From Draconibacterium sp. (GTDB taxonomy: Bacteria > Bacteroidota > Bacteroidia > Bacteroidales > Prolixibacteraceae): a DNA stretch of 64,000 bases. The DNA lies in NCBI GenBank assembly GCA_047975435.1, contig JBKEDN010000292.1, positions 18,513-82,512 of the forward strand, given 5' to 3'. Position 1 is the stretch's first letter. Each line of letters starts with the position of its first letter. Below, piece after piece: positions 45,416 through 55,832 of this stretch. Under the pieces are notes generated by a model. It worked only from the letters and a program-made list of their open reading frames with translations. It was not told where the DNA came from and made no database searches. The position numbers were made by a program, and so were the translations under genes.

Positions 45416-45481
45416 TTTTCTTCGTTTTGCGGAAGTTTTTAAGTAAAAACAGTAAGACTTCCCTTTCTTACATTCATCAAC

Positions 45482-48400
45482 CTATTCAGTAACTTCGGCC
45501 GCCGGTCTATCTTCCGGCTTTACAAACATTTCCCTTACGCGGTCGAGCACATCGTACACACAAGGAATTACAACCAATGTTAACAGCGTTGATGTAACCA
45601 AACCTCCTACAACTGCCAGGGCCATTGGTGAGCGCAACGAGGCGCTTTCGCCAAAACCAACTGTAAGCGGTAGCAAAGCAAGAATAGTGGTTAAACTGGT
45701 CATGATAATTGGGCGGATACGTTGTTGCCCCGCCTGCAGGATTGCCTGTACACGGTCCATTCCGTCTTTTCGCAACTGGTTAATCCGGTCCACCAAAATA
45801 ATGGAGTCGTTTACCGCTATCCCCACCAGCATAATCACCCCAATAATTGCCATTATATTGATGGTTTTCCCGAGGATGAAAAAGATGAGGATTGTTCCTA
45901 CAACCGCAAGTGGAATGGTAAGCAGAATTGTAAACGGATGTATCAGCGACTCGAACTGGGAAGCCAACACCATATACACCAAAATAATTGACAACAGAAG
46001 CGCAAAGGCCAGGTTATCCAGCGATTCCTGTCTTTTTTCTTCTTCACCGGTTACCATAATCCGATAATTGGGCTGTAAGTCGATACCGGCAGTAGCTTCT
46101 CGAATTTCTTTTGAAACATGGTCGAGTGCAAAGCCATTCTCCATCTGAGCAGTTACTTTTCCCAGCCGGTTTTGGTTTCTGCGAATAATTTCTTTAGGCG
46201 AAACACCGTAAGAAATATCGGCGATTTCATTTAAACGAAATACCTGATCGCCCGAGGTGATAAGAAATGAATTTATCTCATCAATCCCTTTTTCGGGAAC
46301 CTTAATGGTAATGTCCTGCATTTCGCCGTTTCTTTCCAGTTCACCGGCTTCTTTTCCTTCCAGTTGTTCCTGTATTTGGCTGATAACGGTAGCGATGTTG
46401 ATCCCGTAAATTCCGGCACGCATCCTGTCCACTTTTATTTCCACTTCCGGCGCGCCGTCTTCAATCGATGTTTTTATGTTGAAAAGACCATTGATTCCCT
46501 GCATTTTTTCTTTTACCTGGTTCACAACGCTTTCAATTTCATCCATTTCTTCACCCCGTACTTCTACAACCACCGGAGCATCTTCTGTTCCCAGTATGGA
46601 TTGTAGCGCACTCTCTTCCTGAGAGAAACTAAGTTCCAGCCCTTCGATATTGGCGGTAAGATTATCGAGTGTTTTTACAATACTTTCGGTAGATACTGTG
46701 GCATCGTTTTTCAGAATAACTTTTAATTCTGCCGTATTTTCACCCTGGAAAACAGTACTTGCATCGCCTGTAATTCCGGTTGACGGGCCTGCCTGCGAAT
46801 ATATCGTTGCCAGATTTTCACCCAGATAATCGATCAGTATATTCTCAATATTTTTAACGGTTGACTCCGTACGTTCCAGTTTTGTACCCTCCTGCAATTT
46901 CAATTCAACCGTTAACTCGCGGGTTTCGGTTTTTGGCATAAACTCGGTCCCGATAAATGGAATCAGCAAGGCCGATGCGGCTATTGAAGCAGTTGTAATA
47001 ATAATAACCAACCATTTTGCTTTTAGTACTTTTTCGAGAAAACGCCCGTAACCTCCCATTTTTATGGATTTGGCCTTTAGAGGCGCTTTTTTGTTCCGGT
47101 AAAAACGATGGTACATCATCGGTATCAGAAAAATGGCAACTACCAGCGACGAGATCAAAGAGAAAGCTACTGTCCATGCCTGGTCTTTAAATAATTCGCC
47201 CGATGCACCGTGCAGATATACGATGGGCAGGAATACAATAATGGTAGTAAGTGTTGATGCGGTAATTGCTCCTCCCACCTGTGCTGTTCCGGAAATGGCC
47301 GCTTCGCGCACACTCATCCCGTTTTCGTGGTTTCGGAAGATATTCTCCATAACAACAATGGCGTTATCTACCAGCATACCGGCGCCCAGTGCAAGCCCGC
47401 CCAAAGTCATAATATTGATGGTGAGGTGGTTAAAGTACATCAGGTTGAAAGTGGCAATAATCGATATCGGAATTGCAACACTTACAATTAATGTGGTTCC
47501 AACTCTTCTCAGGAAAAGGAAAAGAATAAAAACTGCCAATAAAATACCGATGAGTGCTGTTTCCTGCACTTCGCCGATGGCGCTGCTGATAAAACGTCCC
47601 TGGTTGGTTACCACCGTTAGTTTATAACCGGGCAATGCTTTTTCGATGGAAACCAAAGCTTCGTTGATCTGCTCCACCGATTTTACGGTATTGTATTTTG
47701 TTTCTTTAAAGATTGACAGGCCCACACAGCGTTCTCCGTTAATGTGTACAATGTTGGTGGGCTTTTTATTTCCTACATAAACCCGGGCTACATCTTTCAA
47801 ATAAACCGGGGCCATCTCACTGCTTGAATTTTGCCCGGTTGTTTCACTTGAAACAGCTTTGTAGCCTACAATCAGGTTTTCAAAATCTTCGATCGACTGC
47901 AACATCGAAACCCCTTTTACAATGTATTGGGTTCCCATATCAGTAATACGGCCTCCGGAAACATTCCGGTTGAAATTCTCAATCCGGCTCGAAACTTCGT
48001 CCATCGTAAGTCCCTGTGCTTCTAAACGATACGCATCGGTTTCAATAATTATTTCGCTTTCTTCCTGGCCCGATAGTTCTACTTCGGCAACACCTTCCAA
48101 ACGCACCAATTCGTTACGGATGTAGTTTTCGGCTACCTTCCGTATTTCATTCATATCGGTAATTTCATTGTGTGTAAGGCCAATGAGCATCACCGGAGTA
48201 GTATTCGGGTCGTGTTGGGTAATCTTCAGTTCGTCTATTTCTGAATTTTGGGTAAGTGTATTCAGCGCTTTTTGCAGGTCGAGAAAAGCCTCGTCCATAT
48301 CTTTGTTCCATGCATATTCCACGGTAATTTGTGCCGAGCCAACGCGCGAAACGGAAGTTACCTGAATCACATCAGACTGGCGGATTGCCAAGGCTTCGAT

Positions 48401-48601
48401 GTTCTCCACAAACTGTTTTTCCATTTCTTCGGGCGGCCTTTCACCCGAAGTCACTTCCACAAAAATGCGGGGAGAATTCAGGTCCGGGAAAAGGTCAACT
48501 CCCAGTTTATCGTACGAAATATAGCCCAGGAGTACAACTCCCAATACTACCATCAGCACGGTAACCGGATAGTTAACAGAAAATTGAGTTAATTTCTTCA
48601 T
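45482..48601 (-). CDS. RND (AcrB/AcrD/AcrF family) efflux permease
   Basis: 1039 aa with 12-TM RND architecture and the TM4 motif GAGMLVDNAIVVMENI. Confidence 0.92.
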   Translation of the reverse strand: MKKLTQFSVNYPVTVLMVVLGVVLLGYISYDKLGVDLFPDLNSPRIFVEVTSGERPPEEMEKQFVENIEALAIRQSDVIQVTSVSRVGSAQITVEYAWNKDMDEAFLDLQKALNTLTQNSEIDELKITQHDPNTTPVMLIGLTHNEITDMNEIRKVAENYIRNELVRLEGVAEVELSGQEESEIIIETDAYRLEAQGLTMDEVSSRIENFNRNVSGGRITDMGTQYIVKGVSMLQSIEDFENLIVGYKAVSSETTGQNSSSEMAPVYLKDVARVYVGNKKPTNIVHINGERCVGLSIFKETKYNTVKSVEQINEALVSIEKALPGYKLTVVTNQGRFISSAIGEVQETALIGILLAVFILFLFLRRVGTTLIVSVAIPISIIATFNLMYFNHLTINIMTLGGLALGAGMLVDNAIVVMENIFRNHENGMSVREAAISGTAQVGGAITASTLTTIIVFLPIVYLHGASGELFKDQAWTVAFSLISSLVVAIFLIPMMYHRFYRNKKAPLKAKSIKMGGYGRFLEKVLKAKWLVIIITTASIAASALLIPFIGTEFMPKTETRELTVELKLQEGTKLERTESTVKNIENILIDYLGENLATIYSQAGPSTGITGDASTVFQGENTAELKVILKNDATVSTESIVKTLDNLTANIEGLELSFSQEESALQSILGTEDAPVVVEVRGEEMDEIESVVNQVKEKMQGINGLFNIKTSIEDGAPEVEIKVDRMRAGIYGINIATVISQIQEQLEGKEAGELERNGEMQDITIKVPEKGIDEINSFLITSGDQVFRLNEIADISYGVSPKEIIRRNQNRLGKVTAQMENGFALDHVSKEIREATAGIDLQPNYRIMVTGEEEKRQESLDNLAFALLLSIILVYMVLASQFESLIHPFTILLTIPLAVVGTILIFFILGKTINIMAIIGVIMLVGIAVNDSIILVDRINQLRKDGMDRVQAILQAGQQRIRPIIMTSLTTILALLPLTVGFGESASLRSPMALAVVGGLVTSTLLTLVVIPCVYDVLDRVREMFVKPEDRPAAEVTE

Positions 48602-48672
48602 AATAAAAAGTTAGAAGTTGGAAGCATGAAGTTGGAAGTGTTGACGCTTCTCTGTTCCGGCTTCCGGCTTTA

Positions 48673-49749
48673 TTATAAAATCACTTTTACTTTCGAGTTA
48701 TCGCGGAGTGTTTCGTAGCCTTTAATGATCAAACGATCGTTTGGAGCAAGTCCTTCCACAATCTCAATTTCATCCTGGTTGGAAATTCCGGTGGTAATAC
48801 GGCGGTCGTCGGCAGAACTGTTGCGGCCAACTACAAAAACATATTTTCCGCGCGAACCCGACATGATTATATTTTTTGGAATAACGACTACACTGTCTTT
48901 TTGTGCTGTAATAATGTTTGCTTTTATAAACATTCCCGGACGAAGTTTCAATTCCGGATTATCGATCTGCAGTTTTCCGGCAAAGGTGCGTGTTTCGTCG
49001 CTGATTACCGGCGACAATTCGCTAACGTGCCCCTGTAAAGTATCTTCGGTGAGGGTGTAATTGGTGATCAGCACATTCTGTCCCACTTCTATTTCTGATA
49101 TATTTTTTTCCGGAAGATTTATTTCCACGTACATCTGGTCGTAACTCATCAGTTTTACCATCGATTGTCCCGATGCAACACGTACACCTTCAGTATAATA
49201 TGGGAGTTCAACAATAACCCCGGCAAAAGGAGCAACAACCTTCATTTTGGCCAACTGAATCTGAGCATTCTCGTAACTGTTTTGTGCATCGATCGACGAA
49301 ACTTCCGAATTTCTCAACTCGCGAAGCGTAACACCGCCTTTTTCGTACAGCGATTTTTGTTTGTCGTATTCCTGCTGAGAAATTTCAAGATTGAGTTTTT
49401 TCGATTCGAGCGAAAGTCCGTTCAGGTACTCTTCATTTTCGAATTTAATAATCGCCTGTCCTTTTTCAACACGGTCGCCTAATTTGAATTTACGCCCAGT
49501 TTTGGGGTTCACCTGCAATTTATAATCTCCCTGAATTTCGGAAGTAAGTTCGGTTTCCGACTTTGCTTTGGCAGTACCCGTGGTAGTTATAAATTGCTGA
49601 ATGCTTTTTAACTTGATACCCTCAACTGAAACCGGAACAGCAAGGTCGCTGCTCTCAGACGATGGCTGATTGTTACACGAAATGGCGCTTACAACAATAA
49701 AAGCCAGGTAAAGTAATTTTATATTCTTCATTTTTCTACGTTTTTTCAA
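48673..49749 (-). CDS. Efflux periplasmic adaptor (membrane fusion protein), lipoprotein
   Basis: Lipobox VVSAISC, a coiled-coil hairpin region, and position between the TolC-like and RND genes. The start may be the internal MKNIKLL (ATG 49731). Confidence 0.88.
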   Translation of the reverse strand: MKKRRKMKNIKLLYLAFIVVSAISCNNQPSSESSDLAVPVSVEGIKLKSIQQFITTTGTAKAKSETELTSEIQGDYKLQVNPKTGRKFKLGDRVEKGQAIIKFENEEYLNGLSLESKKLNLEISQQEYDKQKSLYEKGGVTLRELRNSEVSSIDAQNSYENAQIQLAKMKVVAPFAGVIVELPYYTEGVRVASGQSMVKLMSYDQMYVEINLPEKNISEIEVGQNVLITNYTLTEDTLQGHVSELSPVISDETRTFAGKLQIDNPELKLRPGMFIKANIITAQKDSVVVIPKNIIMSGSRGKYVFVVGRNSSADDRRITTGISNQDEIEIVEGLAPNDRLIIKGYETLRDNSKVKVIL

Positions 49750-49752
49750 TGG

Positions 49753-51258
49753 TTATTTTTTGTTCTCGGTGAGATAAAGTTCGGCGGGTAAAATTCGTTC
49801 TCCTTTTTCAAAATCGTACAACGACTGGATTTTCAGGTTTAGCAATTCAATTTTATAATTGATAAGCGCCTGGCTAAAAGAGATCTTTTTTTCCGACAAC
49901 TGTGTTTGATACAGATTCAAATCCATACCGGTCAGGTCGCCGTTTTCGTAACGCTCCAGGTTAATCTCGTAGGTTAACTGTGCGTTGCGTTCGTTTTGCT
50001 TGGCAATATCAATTTGTGTTAGCTGGTTTTGTAAGTTGCGATACACCTGGCGTATATCAACAACAATCTGCTTTTTCTCTTCCGAAAGGTTGAGTTCCTG
50101 CGAACGGATCGATGCTTCGGCAGCGGCAATACGTGCTTTCTTTTCTCCCCAGTCGAAAATCGGGATATTAAAGCTCACACCTACCGACGGGCTTTTGGTT
50201 GGGTTTTGGTAAATATTACCCAGCTTTTTGTTGTCGCCGGTAATCCCGAAACGCAGGTTCATTTCACCTTTAAATTCGTTTAAGGCTTTGGTTTCAATTA
50301 AGCTGAACTGACTATTTTCCACATCAATTTCGCGCTGACGAAGTTCCATCCTCGAATCCAGTCCGTTTTGAATAGCCAGGTCGAGATCAATTTTTACAGG
50401 ATTGGCACTGATGTCGGTCAGAATCATAATATCCTGGTACAAATCCATACCCAGGTAAAGCTTTAACTGATCTTTGGCATTTTCGAAACTTACCTCATCG
50501 TTTTGTACACTCGATTTGGCCGTTGAAAGGTTCAACTCTGCCTGGTATTGTTCTTCTTTGGCCGCTAATCCTGCATTTACTTTATTAACAATAATATCGT
50601 AGCTTTTCTGGGTATTTGTAAGCTCTTCTTTTGCAATGTTCAGGTTCATTTGCGCCATGTAAACATTGTAGAAATACTGGGTTACATTTCGCTCCAGGTT
50701 TAATCGCTGAATGGCATAACTGATGTTGGCATTTTCAAGGTTCAACTCCAGTTGTTTGAGCTCCATCTTTAAACGGTTATAGGTAAAAAGCGGCTGATTC
50801 AGGTTCAAATACAGGTTGTTAAAAAATACTTCGCTCCTGTTTTCGTCGGCAGAAAGGGTTGACTTACTGCTCGACCAGCCAAACTCGTTGGTAAGAGAGA
50901 TGGTTCCATCGGTTGGAAGAATAGGTTGAGAAATGGTAAACAAGGTGTTTGACTCAATATTCTCGTTGGTGTACCATTCCGAAAAACGGCTGTCGAACCG
51001 GCGTTGGTTACTGTAGTTTACCGGATTTACTTCGAGCGAGAACCGTGATTTTAATGCTGCACGCTGTGCTTCCAAACTCTTCTGATAGCGCTCCAGGTTT
51101 AGCAACGAAAGTTGAAGGTCGGGGCTGCCCGTTTCGGCTATACTCAAAGCTTTTGCAAGGGTAAGCGCTTCCTGCGCCCGGCTTGTAAAAACACTCGTTG
51201 CCAGAAACAGCAGCAAAAGAATGATTTTCTGAAATTGTTTAATTTTGATTTTTTTCAT
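49753..51258 (-). CDS. TolC family outer membrane efflux protein
   Basis: About 500 aa with duplicated coiled-coil repeats and a signal peptide. Start trimmed to MKKIKIKQF (ATG 51258) to avoid overlap with the upstream gene. Confidence 0.85.
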   Translation of the reverse strand: MKKIKIKQFQKIILLLLFLATSVFTSRAQEALTLAKALSIAETGSPDLQLSLLNLERYQKSLEAQRAALKSRFSLEVNPVNYSNQRRFDSRFSEWYTNENIESNTLFTISQPILPTDGTISLTNEFGWSSSKSTLSADENRSEVFFNNLYLNLNQPLFTYNRLKMELKQLELNLENANISYAIQRLNLERNVTQYFYNVYMAQMNLNIAKEELTNTQKSYDIIVNKVNAGLAAKEEQYQAELNLSTAKSSVQNDEVSFENAKDQLKLYLGMDLYQDIMILTDISANPVKIDLDLAIQNGLDSRMELRQREIDVENSQFSLIETKALNEFKGEMNLRFGITGDNKKLGNIYQNPTKSPSVGVSFNIPIFDWGEKKARIAAAEASIRSQELNLSEEKKQIVVDIRQVYRNLQNQLTQIDIAKQNERNAQLTYEINLERYENGDLTGMDLNLYQTQLSEKKISFSQALINYKIELLNLKIQSLYDFEKGERILPAELYLTENKK

Positions 51259-51280
51259 TTCTATGCTTGATTTAATTGAC

Positions 51281-54200
51281 TTACTGTTCAACAATTTTCA
51301 CCGCATCGGCAAACACCATTCTTAGCTGTGATTTATTTGTTAATTCAATTTTTGCGGTGTCGGGCGAAAAATAAAAGGTTCCCAAATGGTTCCAGCCCGC
51401 CTCGGCATTTTGATAATCCAGTGCAGCTTCTTCCGTTCCGTCGTCGGCGTGAATATTAAAATTGTAGTTTCCTTTTTCCTCATTCCGGTCGCGGCCACGC
51501 ATCCGTGTTTTATACAAATGAAAATACACATCGTAATAGCCTGCTTTTGCAACCGGCACATTCCATGTTGCCACCTGGTCGCCTTCACCACCTTTTATGT
51601 AATATCCCGAGCGGATGTACTCACCATAAAATTCGTCGTTTGTTACGGCAGTCCAACTGGTATTTGGCCTCCACCAGTTAACTCCCTGGTATCTGCGGGT
51701 TTGCTCTTTTTCTTTCACAATCAGCTTTTCGAGTAAACTTACCTGCTCGTTCCTGGTAACCGAGAATTCGGGATCTTCGTTATCTACCACTATTTCGTTT
51801 GGCAGTTTAAACTGAACCGGTACATCGGTAACAAGCTCTTTTTCTTCGGGCCTTGCTTTTGGATCTTCCTCAATCTCGCGGAAAAACTCCATCATGGTTT
51901 GCGGAATATTTTTCGAGGTCATAGTATTGATTATAACCATTCTTGGGTCTCCTTCAAAAAGGTAACTCAAATCTTTGGTTTGATGTGCTTCGAGGAAAAC
52001 AAGTTTGGTGATCGCATCGTCGCTACCGCCGCCCCGGGGGCCAAAACCTCCGCCTCCTCCCAGTCGGAACGTAAGTTTTACCATTCCATCCACATCCGAA
52101 AAGTTGGTTATTTTGGTACTGATCATTGTTTGCATGGCTTCACCACTTTTAGCCTTTACCGCCTTTACCGGGGCAATTAAATAACCCGGAAGCGATTTGG
52201 CTTTAAACCAGTCGTCCATAATCGGCACCAGCTGAATACCAAAAGCTTCGTTAATTTGCTTGTCAAATTCTTCAAAACTAATGTTCTTGAATTTGTTCTC
52301 AGCCAGAATTTTGCGCAGAAAATCTTCAAATTCGGTTTGCCCGGCCTTCCACTGTATCTGTGAGAAAAGTACATCACCTTTTAACTTAATAACATTGTCA
52401 ACAATATCTTGCTGATCCGGATCGGCCAGTACCTGTTCAAAAGTTTCGTCCTGCAGCGCAATATTGGCCAGCACATCTTCACTTTCACCATTCATATTCC
52501 CCATAAAGATGGAGCGCATATCAAGGTTTTGGCTTTTCAGGTAGGCTTCAAATACCCGGTTGGTAATTGGCCATCTGTCAGATTGGATATTGTTTTGAAA
52601 GTTGTATAGCATCGGGAAAATGTAATACGGGTTTCCCGTCTGTTGTACGGTCATTTCTCCCCTTCTGAAATTGCGGTTATCTTCCGTTTCCTCGGTAAAC
52701 TTTCTAAGAAATCCGTGCAACGACTGAATCTCTTTATCCTGATCGGTCATGTCATTTCCTCTTCCGCCCGGGCCGCCCCAGCGCCCCATAAATTCTTTTT
52801 GTTTTTTGAAGTCGGCTTCACGCATCATAAAACCTTTTTCGGCAATAAAAACCTGTTCGGGCTGAACTGCCTCCTGAATTGATGACCACATGCGACCATA
52901 GGTTTTAAACTGGGCCGGAACTTCTACAACTGACAGCCTTTTTTCGCTAAACTCCAGGTTATAGGTTCTTACAAAATCTTCGAAGCGCTCTTTTATAACC
53001 GCCGGAATTGTATCTTTTGACTCTTTAAACTCTTGCGAAAAATAATCGTGCCCGTCAATATACCAAAGGCCGAATTCTACCTTATCCCCTTCTATTTTCT
53101 TTTGTTTGTAATTCCCAATGGTTAGTGAAACCTGTGTTAGCGGATTTTCATTTTCAAAATTAAATTCTCCGGCCGAAACTTCGTTGATTACTCCCTGCGA
53201 TATCGCTTTCAGTCCGGGTGTTGTTTTTACTTTCAGTTCAAAACGGGTAAACTGTGGCTGATGCCAGCTCACATTCGTTGAACTATAGGTAACACCTGCT
53301 TTGGGATACCAGTTTGCCTCTTTGGTGAGCAACACGTATTCGGGCTCAATAAAAGCATAACGCTTGTCAACATTCAGCACAAACTTTCCATATTTTTGCA
53401 TCCGGGTTTCTTCGTCAATATCAAGGTAGCAGTAGGTTTCATCGATCGATCCTGAATAAGTAAAATCAATCAAGGTACTGTCGCCGGGCAATAGATTTAT
53501 TTTGTCAGAAATAATTACAAGTTGTTTGTCGCGCAGAAACGGCGTTGTTGTTCCGTTTATTTTAAGGTCCGAAATATCAAGCCCGCCGTTCAAACTAAAT
53601 ATCAGCTTATGAATGGGCTTTTTCGTATCGTTTAAAACCTTCATGTCAGAGCTCACCTCAATCGTTTTTCCTTTATGCGTAACATTTAATGCATTTGAAA
53701 CGACCGAAACTGAGGGCTCACTTACATATTTATTGTTGAGTTCAACAACCTCGCCCCTTATTTTCTCTGCATTTTTAAAATAATGAATATGATTAAATGC
53801 CAGGTAACCGGCACTACCAATAAAAATAACACCAAAGATTAACGAAAACCAGGTCATTGATTCGGATTGTGGCAGCCTTTTCAGCAGAAATATGGTTAGA
53901 AAAATAAAGCCGGCACCAAGTCCAAAATAGATTCCGCGATGGGCCAGAATTACCGCCAGGTTACCAAATCCAACTATATCGGAGCTCAACATCGGGATGT
54001 TAAAAGCCATATAATCGAAGATGTAGTAAAACTTATCCTGAATAAGAAAGAGGGTTATTCCGATGTAGCCAAGCACCAGTACAAATGTGATGGCTTGGTT
54101 GCGGATTAAAATCATAAACAGAAACGACAAGCCCATAATAAAAACCAGTGTAGGCACACTGATCAAAAGCAGATAAAATACATAGGCTGCCCAGTTTACA

Positions 54201-54622
54201 ACTGTTCCTTCGGTAAGCATATTAAAAACCAGCGCCAGAATAACCACTGCAATATTCAGCACCATAAAAACCTGCATATTGCCAAGTGTTTTCCCAATTA
54301 CGTATTCACCGTTGGTCATCGAACGCATATAAATCACTTCCGTGGTATCAAGTTTTTTATCGCGCTTTAAAAAATCGGATGCAAGAAAAACAGCAATTAC
54401 CGCCTGTGCCACGTTCAGGATCAACAGGTTGAAATAAGGGATAGCACTGGGAATGGCACGAATAGCCCATCCCTGGTCTCCACCTCCCTGGATAACCATC
54501 CCGAAGTTCATTCCGAATAAAACCACCAAAGAGAGTACGCTAAAAATCCGGAAAAACCAGCTGCGAAACAGTGTTTTTCGCTCGTACTTTGCAATAGAAA
54601 AAATATTGTGTAGCGATATCAT
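51281..54622 (-). CDS. ABC-2-like permease (about 7 TM) fused to a soluble domain of about 830 aa and unknown function
   Basis: The N-terminal ~280 aa are polytopic. The rest is hydrophilic, with Gly-rich stretches (GRWGGPGGRGND, LGGGGGFGPRGGGSDD). I found no HEXXH. The gene lies directly downstream of an ABC ATPase gene. Confidence 0.6.
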   Translation of the reverse strand: MISLHNIFSIAKYERKTLFRSWFFRIFSVLSLVVLFGMNFGMVIQGGGDQGWAIRAIPSAIPYFNLLILNVAQAVIAVFLASDFLKRDKKLDTTEVIYMRSMTNGEYVIGKTLGNMQVFMVLNIAVVILALVFNMLTEGTVVNWAAYVFYLLLISVPTLVFIMGLSFLFMILIRNQAITFVLVLGYIGITLFLIQDKFYYIFDYMAFNIPMLSSDIVGFGNLAVILAHRGIYFGLGAGFIFLTIFLLKRLPQSESMTWFSLIFGVIFIGSAGYLAFNHIHYFKNAEKIRGEVVELNNKYVSEPSVSVVSNALNVTHKGKTIEVSSDMKVLNDTKKPIHKLIFSLNGGLDISDLKINGTTTPFLRDKQLVIISDKINLLPGDSTLIDFTYSGSIDETYCYLDIDEETRMQKYGKFVLNVDKRYAFIEPEYVLLTKEANWYPKAGVTYSSTNVSWHQPQFTRFELKVKTTPGLKAISQGVINEVSAGEFNFENENPLTQVSLTIGNYKQKKIEGDKVEFGLWYIDGHDYFSQEFKESKDTIPAVIKERFEDFVRTYNLEFSEKRLSVVEVPAQFKTYGRMWSSIQEAVQPEQVFIAEKGFMMREADFKKQKEFMGRWGGPGGRGNDMTDQDKEIQSLHGFLRKFTEETEDNRNFRRGEMTVQQTGNPYYIFPMLYNFQNNIQSDRWPITNRVFEAYLKSQNLDMRSIFMGNMNGESEDVLANIALQDETFEQVLADPDQQDIVDNVIKLKGDVLFSQIQWKAGQTEFEDFLRKILAENKFKNISFEEFDKQINEAFGIQLVPIMDDWFKAKSLPGYLIAPVKAVKAKSGEAMQTMISTKITNFSDVDGMVKLTFRLGGGGGFGPRGGGSDDAITKLVFLEAHQTKDLSYLFEGDPRMVIINTMTSKNIPQTMMEFFREIEEDPKARPEEKELVTDVPVQFKLPNEIVVDNEDPEFSVTRNEQVSLLEKLIVKEKEQTRRYQGVNWWRPNTSWTAVTNDEFYGEYIRSGYYIKGGEGDQVATWNVPVAKAGYYDVYFHLYKTRMRGRDRNEEKGNYNFNIHADDGTEEAALDYQNAEAGWNHLGTFYFSPDTAKIELTNKSQLRMVFADAVKIVEQ

Positions 54623-54633
54623 CTTTTATTGAA

Positions 54634-55527
54634 TTAGGCGTTCGACCATTGATTTAATTTGTTTTCCATGAAATGAACATAGGCGTGTTCCAGGTTCGGG
54701 GCAATTGGTTTACCCTGGTAACCGTTAATGTCGTTGGCTACCACCTGAACCTCCCACCCTCCATCGATCGGAATGGTAGAGATTACCGGGTATTTTTCAT
54801 TTATTTCGAGGTATTCGTGTTCGGTGGCCTCAATCTGCCACACATTGCCTTCTGCTTCTTTAATCAGCTGTTCGGGCGAACCGGTAAATGCAAGTTTCCC
54901 TTGGTTAAGCAACGCCATATTGTCGCAGGTACTCGAAATATCTCCTACAATGTGCGTGGAAAGAATGATGATAACATCGCGTGTACTAATGGTCGAAAGC
55001 AGGTTGCGGAAACGGATACGTTCTTCGGGGTCGAGACCGGTTGTGGGCTCATCTACAATAATAACCTGAGGGTCGTTAATCAGCGCCTGAGCAATTCCCA
55101 GCCGCCGTTTCATACCTCCTGATAGTTTGTTGGCATTCCGGTCGCGGGCTTCAAAAAGCCCCACTTCTTCCAGCATCTGATCAACTGCCGTGCGGCGTGC
55201 TGCTCCGTTTTTCATTCCCGATAACCGAGCGGTATAATCCAGAAACTCATAAGTTTTCAACTTCGAAAAAAAGGCAAAATCCTGCGGAAGATAGCCCAGC
55301 ATCGAACGGATCTCCCTTCTGTTTTTTGACAACTCCAGATCGTTAAAAAACACTTTGCCGTTGGTTGGTTTCATCAAGGTAACCAATATTCGCATCAGGG
55401 TTGACTTCCCGGCTCCGTTGGGGCCCAGCAACCCGAACATCCCGTTGGGGATATCCAGATTCAGATTTTTAATGGCGTAGCTGCCACCTTTATAGATCTT
55501 GTTCAGATTTTCGATTCGTATTTGCAC
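54634..55527 (-). CDS. ABC transporter ATP-binding protein
   Basis: Walker A GLLGPNGAGKST, signature LSGGMKRR, Walker B IIVDEPTTGLD. It is a paralogue of the NBD fused to the RND protein. Confidence 0.92.
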   Translation of the reverse strand: MQIRIENLNKIYKGGSYAIKNLNLDIPNGMFGLLGPNGAGKSTLMRILVTLMKPTNGKVFFNDLELSKNRREIRSMLGYLPQDFAFFSKLKTYEFLDYTARLSGMKNGAARRTAVDQMLEEVGLFEARDRNANKLSGGMKRRLGIAQALINDPQVIIVDEPTTGLDPEERIRFRNLLSTISTRDVIIILSTHIVGDISSTCDNMALLNQGKLAFTGSPEQLIKEAEGNVWQIEATEHEYLEINEKYPVISTIPIDGGWEVQVVANDINGYQGKPIAPNLEHAYVHFMENKLNQWSNA

Positions 55528-55832
55528 AGCACTATCATAAGGTTAATAACTTGGTCTTTGACTGTAGAAGCCTACAATCGTTTAATCATGTTAGTCGAGA
55601 AAGGTGATTAAAATTACATTCAGAGGTCATTGAATGATTGATTATCTTTTCTCTATTCTCTAAATCATTGCTATCCGGTTAAAAGGAGAGATTACTTCGC
55701 TCTACTCTTTATCGGACAACAGGGAGATTTTACAGAAAATACAATCAGGCTATGACTATAAGCTGTAAACATGTTTGCGGTGCTAACGTTAAAGTACTTT
55801 CAGAAAAAGAAAACAGAAACTCCTGAAAAAAC

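Noticed and set aside
51281-54622. Calling the 1113-aa protein an ABC permease/M1 aminopeptidase fusion.
   Set aside because: I found no HEXXH zinc motif or GAMEN motif anywhere in the protein. It is therefore reported only as a permease with a large domain of unknown function.
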